Source: an uncultured delta proteobacterium
GTDB lineage: Bacteria > Desulfobacterota > Desulfobacteria > Desulfobacterales > UBA2156
Assembly: GCA_963736855.1 (NCBI GenBank)
Contig: CAVTQK010000015.1
Span: forward strand, 512,001-576,000
Reading direction: 5' to 3'
DNA: 64,000 bases
Shown here: positions 48,088 through 56,685 of the stretch, piece after piece
Layout of the letters: each line of letters begins with the position of its first letter
Numbering within the stretch: the first letter of the stretch is position 1
The notes under the pieces: generated by a model
The model's database searches: none
The model's input: only the letters and a program-made list of their open reading frames with translations
Told to the model about the DNA's origin: nothing
Translations under genes and position numbers: made by a program

Positions 48088-49097
48088 ACCACTATCCCTG
48101 AACCTTCAGTCATTATGTATCCATAAATCATGACATTCTGACCGAGTATGATTCCCTTATTTCCAATAACTGATTTGATCTTTCCAGCATTTCCTATCCT
48201 CACCCTTTTCTTTATGGTTATAGTCCCCTGTGAAAAGATATCTCCTGAGATTGTGGTGCCCTCGCCGATCTCTATATCTCCATCGGAGAACAGATTCCCA
48301 GAAATATTAACATCTTCTTCTATGATCAAATCTCTGTAAGTTTTTATATTGCCCAGAATGAGAGCTCCCCCCATGACCTGCAGATCTTTCTTTACAATAA
48401 TGTCCTTTTCGACCCTTGTAATGGGTGGTATTATCAGGCGGTCTTTATTTACAATCCCTGTATTGTCAGAGATCTCTTCCTTGCCAGGACAATGGCCATG
48501 ATCATTATCATTTGCGCTATAGGTTGTTATAGGCATCCCGTATAAACGTCTAAACCTACAGCCCTTGCCTATTCTGAATTCATCCCCTGATGATGCGCTT
48601 ATTCCGAGATTACAATTATCATTAACCTCAACCATCCCTTCTGCATCTATCCATCTGATAATCTTCATCTTGCTTGAGATAGAAAGCCTCCCATCACAGG
48701 CTAAGGCCCTTAAGGTATTATTGCTGCCGATGACAGCATCCCCTTTAACATAAACCTCTTTGTTGAATCTTGCCTTATCCTCAGAGACGAGGTCTCCGAT
48801 TATGAAAAGGATGTGGTTAACCTCTTCTCCTACAAGTATCCTCTTGGAATGGGCAATCTCTACCTTCTCATTCTTGGACAGTGTAACCTCTCTAATCCCG
48901 GAACTGGCATCTGCAGGGATCACATTTTTAAGCATTTTTTTAAAGGACCTGCAAAAGTATCGTGGGTCCTTTGAGTAATCCATATTAATAAACAGAGGTA
49001 ATGCATCTTTTGGTCTTAATAACTCTATAATACCCGGTATAAAAGGGATCAAAAGCAGTATGAAGAAAACCAGGAATATAAACAGGAGAGTTATCAA
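48084..49097 (-). CDS. Membrane-anchored beta-helix (bactofilin-like) repeat protein
   Basis: N-terminal TM, then repeats such as ISGNLFSDGDIEIGEGTTISGDIFSQGTITI. Confidence 0.6.
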   Translation of the reverse strand: MITLLFIFLVFFILLLIPFIPGIIELLRPKDALPLFINMDYSKDPRYFCRSFKKMLKNVIPADASSGIREVTLSKNEKVEIAHSKRILVGEEVNHILFIIGDLVSEDKARFNKEVYVKGDAVIGSNNTLRALACDGRLSISSKMKIIRWIDAEGMVEVNDNCNLGISASSGDEFRIGKGCRFRRLYGMPITTYSANDNDHGHCPGKEEISDNTGIVNKDRLIIPPITRVEKDIIVKKDLQVMGGALILGNIKTYRDLIIEEDVNISGNLFSDGDIEIGEGTTISGDIFSQGTITIKKRVRIGNAGKIKSVIGNKGIILGQNVMIYGYIMTEGSGIVV

Positions 49098-50356
49098 TCC
49101 TTGTTGGCCTCTCTGTATCTCTTTGTCTTATGCCATGTGGTTTTTCTCTTTGTTGCCAGGTCAATTACTGCATCCAGGAATCCAAGCGATATATACCACA
49201 TGCTGAAGAAAAAGTTAAAGAGAAAGAGGGGAAGCAGGCGTATCCTGTTTGTGGCACCATCAAGCAGAGAGGCTGTTCCGATCTGATAGAAAGGGGCAAA
49301 GTTGCCGAAGGTGTTGAAGGCAGCCATAAACAGGAAGATAACGACGTTTTCTATGATCTGCATCTCTCCGAGAAAGAAGAGAGACAAGGAATCGGCTATC
49401 CCTGTCAGGAGCATAAACGGAACTGTATATACAAAAAGCAGTAAGAATCCATCCATCTTCTCTATAACAGATAGATTAGATGCCTTGAGTAATTGGAAAA
49501 GATACCTGAACATCACCTGTGAATGGCCTCTTGCCCATCTCCTGATCTGTCTTCCTCTCACATACCAGTCTTCTGGAACTTCCTCGTAACATTCGACCCT
49601 ATTTGCATAGACAACCTTCCACCCCTTGATTAAAAGCTTGAAGGTGAGCTCTGTGTCTTCTGTAAGGATATTGGGTTCAAACCCTCCAAGAGATAAAACA
49701 ACATCCCTTCTGAAGCCGCCGACTGTCCCTCCATACTGAGGGATGAGTCTTAGGTTATGCTTTGCCTGCTGATCCACCTGATAGCCCCCTGACCTCTCAA
49801 GGTCGATAAGCCTTGTGAGTAAATTCCTTCTGGTATTCTCTGGAACGACCCTTCCCATCACAGCACCAACCTCTGGATCTTTGAAGGAAATGGCTATATC
49901 CCTGAGACTGCCTTTTGGAGGGAGATAGTCTGCGTCAAATATTATAATGATCTCTCCAACAGCCTGCTTAAGGGCATCGTTCAGTGCTGATGGTTTTCCT
50001 CTTCTGCCTTCGCTTCTGTGCAGGGGTCTAATGTATGGATATCTTGATGCATATTCTATCAGTATATCGTATGTTTTATCTGAGGAATGGTCGTTTATCG
50101 GTATTATCTCGAGTTTAGATATTGGAAAGTCTGTTGCAATCAATCGATCGAGTATGTTGGCTGCCACCCTCTCCTCGTTATGCATTGGGACCAGCACTGA
50201 GATGCTCGGAAGCTCAGAGTCAATAATATCCTGATAATATATCCTCTGTTTACCAATAAGTCGGTTCAGAGTGAATAGGAGGTGTCTTACTGTATAAAGG
50301 ATCATGATAACCGCTACGAAGACGAGGTAAGATTGAAGGATTAGGACCATTTCCAC
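49094..50356 (-). CDS. Processive GT2 polysaccharide synthase (IcaA/PgaC/BcsA-like)
   Basis: PMHNE, NDHSSD, GKPSALN, DADY, TED, QIRRW; N- and C-terminal TM. Confidence 0.9.
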   Translation of the reverse strand: MEMVLILQSYLVFVAVIMILYTVRHLLFTLNRLIGKQRIYYQDIIDSELPSISVLVPMHNEERVAANILDRLIATDFPISKLEIIPINDHSSDKTYDILIEYASRYPYIRPLHRSEGRRGKPSALNDALKQAVGEIIIIFDADYLPPKGSLRDIAISFKDPEVGAVMGRVVPENTRRNLLTRLIDLERSGGYQVDQQAKHNLRLIPQYGGTVGGFRRDVVLSLGGFEPNILTEDTELTFKLLIKGWKVVYANRVECYEEVPEDWYVRGRQIRRWARGHSQVMFRYLFQLLKASNLSVIEKMDGFLLLFVYTVPFMLLTGIADSLSLFFLGEMQIIENVVIFLFMAAFNTFGNFAPFYQIGTASLLDGATNRIRLLPLFLFNFFFSMWYISLGFLDAVIDLATKRKTTWHKTKRYREANKD

Positions 50357-51111
50357 GCTCCTACCTCTACTCGATTATTCATCTTCCGGGCAATGACACT
50401 GCTGTAAAGTGCATATATACCGACCATGTATGTAAAATCCATGAAATGACCAAAGGCAAAGAATAAGAGCGGCATGAATATGTAGGAAAACATTTTGAGT
50501 ACATAAAGGAAGACAATGTATCGGAGGATACCGAACACTATTGAGTATAGAAGGGTTAGCACAGCAATGGAAAACATAGATATGATGCTGGAGGGCAACA
50601 GCAGCAGGGTTATTCCCATAACTACTGGAACAAAAAACCATATGGCCACTTCAGTCTTAACATAGAGCTCTGAAAAGTTCTCCATATCATAGGGAAATAT
50701 AGAGGGGGTGAGCATGAAAAAGATCGATGATATAAGGTTTATAGATGATATAAAAATAATCCATGCAACCATCGGTCTGAAGACCCTGACTTTTGGTATA
50801 AAAAAGATAGTAGCTATTGAGAATAAAAATAGCAGAAAGGATAGCAGGGGAGTGGGATGCTTTCCAATTATGCTGAGGATGTATATATTGCTTAGCATAT
50901 AAGGTTTTTCTAATATCTTTATATCATCGAATGGGAAGGAAGACAGAAGGAGAGATTTGGCAAAACAGTTCATAAAAAAGGTTATTTGAGGATACAGGAA
51001 AAGTATAGCCATTAATAATGGAACTACGAGGAACAGGAATTTAGGGAAAATGTATTTACCCTCAATAGAAAGCCTTCTATATGCCCTATGGTAAAAGATT
51101 ATATCCTTCAT
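50341..51111 (-). CDS. Polytopic membrane protein, first gene of the glycan operon
   Basis: About 6 hydrophobic segments; overlaps the GT2 start. Confidence 0.7.
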   Translation of the reverse strand: MKDIIFYHRAYRRLSIEGKYIFPKFLFLVVPLLMAILFLYPQITFFMNCFAKSLLLSSFPFDDIKILEKPYMLSNIYILSIIGKHPTPLLSFLLFLFSIATIFFIPKVRVFRPMVAWIIFISSINLISSIFFMLTPSIFPYDMENFSELYVKTEVAIWFFVPVVMGITLLLLPSSIISMFSIAVLTLLYSIVFGILRYIVFLYVLKMFSYIFMPLLFFAFGHFMDFTYMVGIYALYSSVIARKMNNRVEVGAWKWS

Positions 51112-51132
51112 ATTCGTGACCTAAAATATTGA

Positions 51133-51511
51133 GTCGAGTAGACCAGTTCCTCCCGATACTAAACAGTTTGAGGTTTGTTTTCTCTATTTGCCGCCTGATT
51201 TCCCGGCGGTACCACTCTCTTTCAACTATGTACCCGTTGGCCCCGGCCCCTCACAGAAACGGACGGGAGATTTCTCCCGTCATGGCGGGACTCTTCAGGC
51301 AGGTTCACATGCCTGCGGTATAAATTCAAGAGTAATCTTTCACTATCCTGGGTCTTGGTAAAGGAAAACGATTGAGTTGCTCCTGATATTCTTCCTAGTT
51401 GAAACTCTTCCGCTGACTTTGCCTGTTGAGCCACTTGAACCACATAAGATTGACCTCATAGGCAAATTTATTCAACGTTGCTGCATTTCCCGCAAAACCG
51501 TAGTAGTTATA
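51133..51511 (-). pseudogene. Decayed 3' fragment of a group II intron (maturase X-domain remnant + domains V/VI)
   Basis: Minus-strand translation YNYYGFAGN...WFKWLNRQSQRKSFN*EEY...RFPLPRPRI with internal TAG (51395-51397); then DV-like GAAGAG...CGTCCGTTTCTGTGAGGGG and a 3' end CTACTCGAC. Confidence 0.85.
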
Positions 51512-51971
51512 ATCTGAATCTTGCACGTTATTCAGGTTTTATGAAAAACCGTTTCGATTTTTCAATGAAGGGGGAGTCAACCTTAGATTCGAATGCTTCG
51601 TTTTAAATTGATCGTCTTTGTGCATTTTCTATGGGGGTATTCGATCATAACTTGTGATATTTATTTTATCTTGATAGTAATCATGGGTGAAATAATAGAA
51701 GAAGCTTATCTGCAGGATAGGCACGGTCCCCTTTTTCATTATCTGTAATCTAAGAAATGTGGACATTCATTGGCCGTAGGCGATGGATTCTCAATTATCC
51801 GAAGGATGAGGTAGTTTCAAGGTCAATTAATCAGTATGATATTGAAATTCCATTCAAATTGAGTGCAGATCGCCAATTTTGCCTCTATTGAATTTTCTTT
51901 TGGAAGTCGGAATCCAGGGGATATTCCGGATCTGAAACGCAGTCATCAAAAAGCTTCAAGGAACTCATTCG

Positions 51972-52889
51972 TCATCCGGCCAGCCCGAGCCAGCAGGACA
52001 GGCTCAGAGCCGAGAGCAGGGTGCTGGCCGATATTGTGATCACGGCCAATTCCAAATCCCCGTTCATTTCTCCGGCCATGGTATAGATCAGTGTGGCCGA
52101 AGGACAGGCCAGCAGGATCAATGCCGGCAAGAAGTCGGCTGATGGGATCCCCAAGATTCGAAACATCGCCAGTCCCAATGCTGGAAGGACCACGAGTTTG
52201 AACATACCGGCGCCGATCCAGTCGCGGACCTGATCCTTGATTTGGCGCAACGAGATCGAGGCGCCGATGAGCAGCAGGGCCAGGGGCAGAGCCATGCCGC
52301 TTAAAATGGTCAAGCTCCGGTCCACGACTTCAGGAAAGGAAAACCGGGTCAGGGATGCGATGATACCTGCGGCAGCGGACAGGATCACCGGATTTCCCGC
52401 GATTTTCAGAACACCGGTTCGAACCGGATGCCCCCGGGATTGAACGCTGAAACGTTGGAGTATGAACACGGCGAGAATATTTTGTAAAACCATGATGAAA
52501 CCCGCCAGAATCCCTGCCCGAACGAGTCCGTCTGGGCCTAGGAAAAAATAAGCCACGGCCAGGCCGATATATCCCAAATTCCCGTGAATGGCGCTTTGGA
52601 CAAAGGTGGCCTTTCGGGAAGGCGCTAATGCCAGGGATCGTGCCGTGAGCCATGATAGCGCGAATACTACTATTATCGCCGCCAGACTGATGAGGACCAC
52701 TTCAGGATGGAAATGAGTGGTGAAGCTGGATTTGGATACGGCCTGAAAGATCATGGCCGGGATGGCAAAATAAAAGACGAGACGATTGGCCGGACCCATC
52801 AGTTCGTGGGTCATAAAGCGTTTTTCCCTGGCGATCCATCCTAAGATGATGATGGTAAATACAGGAATGATAGTGGTCAGGACAGCCAT
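51972..52889 (-). CDS. AEC (auxin efflux carrier) family transporter
   Basis: NRLVFYFAIPA, GNLGYIGL, NPVIL, KLVVLP; start at MAVLTT. Confidence 0.88.
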   Translation of the reverse strand: MAVLTTIIPVFTIIILGWIAREKRFMTHELMGPANRLVFYFAIPAMIFQAVSKSSFTTHFHPEVVLISLAAIIVVFALSWLTARSLALAPSRKATFVQSAIHGNLGYIGLAVAYFFLGPDGLVRAGILAGFIMVLQNILAVFILQRFSVQSRGHPVRTGVLKIAGNPVILSAAAGIIASLTRFSFPEVVDRSLTILSGMALPLALLLIGASISLRQIKDQVRDWIGAGMFKLVVLPALGLAMFRILGIPSADFLPALILLACPSATLIYTMAGEMNGDLELAVITISASTLLSALSLSCWLGLAG

Positions 52890-53106
52890 GTTATCGACCC
52901 CTGGAATTGTTCCGGCCTGATGGCGTTTCCATTCGCCCAAGGATTTGCCGATGCCGGTTTTCGGGGTCCATAACATGCCTTGAAAAAAACCGAAACCCTT
53001 TTCCGGGTGATGAAACTGAATCGGGAATATGGCGTCTAACCCCTTTGCACCTTTTTCAATGAACAGTCGTTCGTGGGGGTTTGGCCTCTCAGGTTGCCGC
53101 GCTGGA

Positions 53107-53736
53107 TCAGACGGTTTTGACGATCGCCACCGCTTCCCTGACCTGTTTGCGGATGGTGTCGAATTGTCCGGAGGCGATGAGCTGACGGGTTGCAAGCCAG
53201 GAGCCGCCGCAGGCGGAAACGCTCGGAAGCTTGAGATAACGACTGAGATTTTCAGGGCTGATACCGCCGGTGGGGACGAACCGCATCATCGGAAAAGGAG
53301 CAATGAGCGCTTTGAGAGTCTGAATTCCGCCAAAAGCCTCTGCCGGAAAAAATTTGACGAGATCCAGGCCGTAATCCAGCGCCATTCCGATGTCGGTGGG
53401 AGTACAAACGCCGGGAAGCACCGGGATTCGACGGTCAAGGCAGTATCGAATGACTTTGGAGTGAATGCCCGGAGAAACGATGAAGGACGCCCCTGCATCG
53501 ACCGCTTGTCCGGCCTGTTCGACATTCAGCACGGTTCCGGCTCCGACGATCAGATCTCCTCTTAAAGCCAATGCCGTCATGGCTTTTAGAGCCGCATCTG
53601 TCCGGAATACCACTTCGGCGCACGGCAGGCCCCCTTCAATGAGTGCATCCGCCAACGGATCCGTATCTTTCGGATCTTCAATGGCAATCACCGGGATGAC
53701 TCTTAACTTCAAAGCGATTTCAAATGGTGTCTGCAT
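53107..53736 (-). CDS. eda: KDPG/KHG aldolase
   Basis: AEVVFRT, GAGTV, FIVSPG, PGVCTPTD, KFFPA, PTGGI. Confidence 0.9.
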   Translation of the reverse strand: MQTPFEIALKLRVIPVIAIEDPKDTDPLADALIEGGLPCAEVVFRTDAALKAMTALALRGDLIVGAGTVLNVEQAGQAVDAGASFIVSPGIHSKVIRYCLDRRIPVLPGVCTPTDIGMALDYGLDLVKFFPAEAFGGIQTLKALIAPFPMMRFVPTGGISPENLSRYLKLPSVSACGGSWLATRQLIASGQFDTIRKQVREAVAIVKTV

Positions 53737-53777
53737 GTTCCTTTTCTCCCTGATGACGAACTGAATCGAAAGGCACC

Positions 53778-54075
53778 TCAATCCATGAGAAAACCCCCGT
53801 TGACGTCCAGAATTTCTCCGGTGATAAAAGACGCTTTGTCCGAGGCCAGGAAAAGGACCGCTTCCGCCACCTCCTCCGGCTTTCCCAGGCGTTTCAAGGG
53901 AATGGCGTCAATGACGGCCTTGCGTTTTTCCGGCGGCCATTGGGCGCTCATTTCCGTTTCAATCGCATGGGGCGCCACGCCATTGACATGGATGCCAAAT
54001 TGGGCCAGTTGGCGGGCCAGTGTTTTCGTCAAAGCGTCCATTCCCGCCTTGGAGGGCCCATATCCGGGCGCACCG
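53778..54075 (-). pseudogene. C-terminal fragment of a short-chain dehydrogenase (FabG-like)
   Basis: YGPSK (YxxxK), VNGVAP, ITGEILDVNGG; the N-terminal GxxxGxG region is absent. Confidence 0.8.
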
Positions 54076-54258
54076 ATGTCCAAGAGCTTGCTGAATAGTT
54101 CGTACCATCATCGGCAACGGACATGTTCGGGTGGTATCCGGTGTTAAGATAAGAATTTTTTTTCCTTCGAATCGATGGATGGGTATTTCATCCTCGATGA
54201 TCGATATCACTTCGCTTTCCAATAAAACCGAATCCGGATTTCCTTTTCCAGAAGTCAT
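54076..54258 (-). pseudogene. N-terminal fragment of a LarA (lactate racemase-like) family protein
   Basis: GKKILILTPDTTRTCP motif, then abrupt loss of similarity at the junction with the SDR fragment. Confidence 0.6.
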
Positions 54259-54762
54259 TTCACAATCCTATCAATCCGCTGATAGAAATTAAAAATGGGT
54301 GGGTAATCGATATGTTCGGATGGATGATACTCAGGATTGGATTATGTTTTGCCGTCATTTCGGCCCAATAAATGATACAATATAGTTGCCGTGACTGATA
54401 GTTTTTCAATTATCCAAAGGAAAGAGCAGTGTCAACAGCAATTCTATCGGCATCTTCTTGAAATTCCTGCCGATTTGAATATAAGGCGCTGCTCAACTGT
54501 TGGGCGGTATTGACTCGAAAGGAAGGATCAAAAAACCATTTCCGCTTCAAACAGGCTGAGCATGATTTCCTTGCCAGTATCAAAGTATAGATAGGGGATG
54601 TGTAACGGCCAACAGAGCGGTTTCCCGGAAACATTTAAATAATCTACACATGTATGTGCAGGGGGATTGAATCCGAAAACTCCCTTTATATTTGAATTCT
54701 AATATTGATTTTTATTCGTAATGAAAGTTGACAGGAACCGATTTACTGTTAAAGTATTTTCC

Positions 54763-55872
54763 ATGAAACCGGCCATGACCCAGCGCACATTCGGACATGT
54801 GAAGATCCCCATGAAACGGGTTCACCTGGAACTGACGAACGTCTGCGAATTCAATTGCGTCTTTTGCCCCAAATCCCGGATGACGCGTCCTCCGGGATTC
54901 ATGGATACCAGCATTGCCAGGGATGCGATTTCGATCCTTGGCGCGGAAGGGATTTCAGAAAAGGTGACCCTGCACGTCATGGGAGAGCCGACTCTTCACC
55001 AAGACTTTTTTAATATCCTCTCCCATGCTCAGAAAGAGAGGGTCCCCATCGGACTTACCACCAATGGAAGGAGTTTGGGAGGAGCCGTGGGTCAGGGTCT
55101 CCTTTCCTATCCTTTGCAACAGATCGACGTGTCGCTGCAGACCCCTGATCCCTCCTCTTTTATTTTAAGAAAAGCCCGATCTCTATCCTTTGAAAATTAC
55201 CTTTCAGGCATTTTAACCTTCTTTTTTGCCTACAAAAAAAAGTACCCTCAAACGATTTTTAAATTCCGATTTCTCAATACACGCTTTTCAAAAAAGCAAA
55301 TGGAAAAGGCTACAGGGCCTTTGCGAGTAATTTCTTCCAACCGGGAATTGAGGCGCATTTTTAGCCAATGGGCGAATCGGATTCAGGACGGGTTAAAAAC
55401 CGATCCCATTCAAAGGGCGGCCGTAGGTAAAAAGATCGATTCGCTTACTTCCTACAAGTGGAATGTCCTGGAAGTCCATCCGAGCGTTTTTTTTGAAACC
55501 TACGTTCTGGAAGATTGGGGTCATGCTTTCAATTCGCAGCCTGTTCGAGACGCCTGGGCCGGGTACTGTTTCGGCATGCGGGATCACTTCGGTATCCTTT
55601 ATAACGGCGATGTGACGCTGTGCTGCATCGATTATGACGGCAAGACCGCCATCGGGAATCTGAAAGAGGCGTCTTTGAAACATGTTCTATCGTCGAAGGC
55701 TCTTGGAGAGATCATGGATGGATTTGATCGCTTTCGCTTGGTGCATCCGTATTGCAGGCAGTGTCTGGGGAGCACCGGCGTGGTGTCATGGCTGGTCAAG
55801 CCGGTAGCATCAATCATAGCGCTGAAGATACTGAAACCATTTTTTTATGCAAAATCGAATATCGACTCCTGA
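54763..55872 (+). CDS. Radical SAM protein with SPASM/twitch domain
   Basis: CEFNCVFC; GEPTLH; C-terminal C...GDVTLCCID...IGNL...CRQC. Confidence 0.88.
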   Translation: MKPAMTQRTFGHVKIPMKRVHLELTNVCEFNCVFCPKSRMTRPPGFMDTSIARDAISILGAEGISEKVTLHVMGEPTLHQDFFNILSHAQKERVPIGLTTNGRSLGGAVGQGLLSYPLQQIDVSLQTPDPSSFILRKARSLSFENYLSGILTFFFAYKKKYPQTIFKFRFLNTRFSKKQMEKATGPLRVISSNRELRRIFSQWANRIQDGLKTDPIQRAAVGKKIDSLTSYKWNVLEVHPSVFFETYVLEDWGHAFNSQPVRDAWAGYCFGMRDHFGILYNGDVTLCCIDYDGKTAIGNLKEASLKHVLSSKALGEIMDGFDRFRLVHPYCRQCLGSTGVVSWLVKPVASIIALKILKPFFYAKSNIDS

Positions 55873-55908
55873 CGTTTCAAACCTACGAAGATAAAGACGA
55901 GGCCTGCT

Positions 55909-56631
55909 TCAGGAAGCGTCGGGAGCGGGATTTTTCTGTTTGCACTCTGTATCTCGTCCCAATTGTATTTTCACAGGATATTTATGATGCCTGACAATTT
56001 CACCTTCAATTAAATAAATGACTTCTTCAGCGATATTGGTGGCGTGATCCGCAAGACGTTCCAGATGCCTGGAAATCAGAAAAAGATTGATCAGTGGACC
56101 TATGGCTTCGGGATTTTTTTTCATTTCGTTTTTGATCTGGTCATAAGCCACTGTTTTCAAGTGGTCCACTTCGTCGTCCAGGGTGAGCACCTTGAAGGCA
56201 AGTGCTTCATCTAGCTTCACCAGGGCATCCAGGCTCATCTTCAACATGGTCATCGCTTTCTCTGACATCTGGGAATAGTCGTAATAGAGGTTCGATGATT
56301 TCCTTTGGGCCAATACCCAGACCCGCTGGGCGATATTCACGGCGATGTCACCGATCCGTTCGAGTTCATTGTTGATTTTGATGATCGCAACAAGAAATCG
56401 AAGGTCCACGGCAACAGGTTGGTGCAGCGCCAGTACCTTGAGGCATTCTTCTTCCACTTCAACTTCCATCTCATCGATCTCATAATCCATTTTAATGATC
56501 TGCTGGGCCAGATCAGGATCCTTGTTTTCCACGGCTTGGATTACCTTGAGCACCCGTTCTTCCACAAGAGCTCCTAAAGAAAGAACCATTTTTTTGATAT
56601 TCGCCAGTTCTCGCTGAAAATGTTTTGCCAT
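55909..56631 (-). CDS. phoU: Phosphate signalling protein PhoU
   Basis: QPVAVDLR, ELERIGD, DDEVD, LERLADHATNIAE. Confidence 0.95.
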   Translation of the reverse strand: MAKHFQRELANIKKMVLSLGALVEERVLKVIQAVENKDPDLAQQIIKMDYEIDEMEVEVEEECLKVLALHQPVAVDLRFLVAIIKINNELERIGDIAVNIAQRVWVLAQRKSSNLYYDYSQMSEKAMTMLKMSLDALVKLDEALAFKVLTLDDEVDHLKTVAYDQIKNEMKKNPEAIGPLINLFLISRHLERLADHATNIAEEVIYLIEGEIVRHHKYPVKIQLGRDTECKQKNPAPDAS

Positions 56632-56685
56632 GATTTATTCTCCAAACTTGAGAAAGACGTTTTCGGTTTATGCTATTTTTAAGAA

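Noticed and set aside
51130..51320. c-di-GMP or other riboswitch upstream of the glycan operon
   Set aside because: The hairpins are better explained as group II intron domains V/VI following a maturase remnant; I saw no GEMM consensus.
43290..51970. Integrase-mobilised island with attL/attR
   Set aside because: I found no integrase gene and no duplicate of the tRNA 3' end at the far boundary; only composition and location support foreign origin.
52890..53195. N-terminal extension of the AEC transporter ORF
   Set aside because: It overlaps eda and is low-complexity; family similarity begins at MAVLTT (52889).
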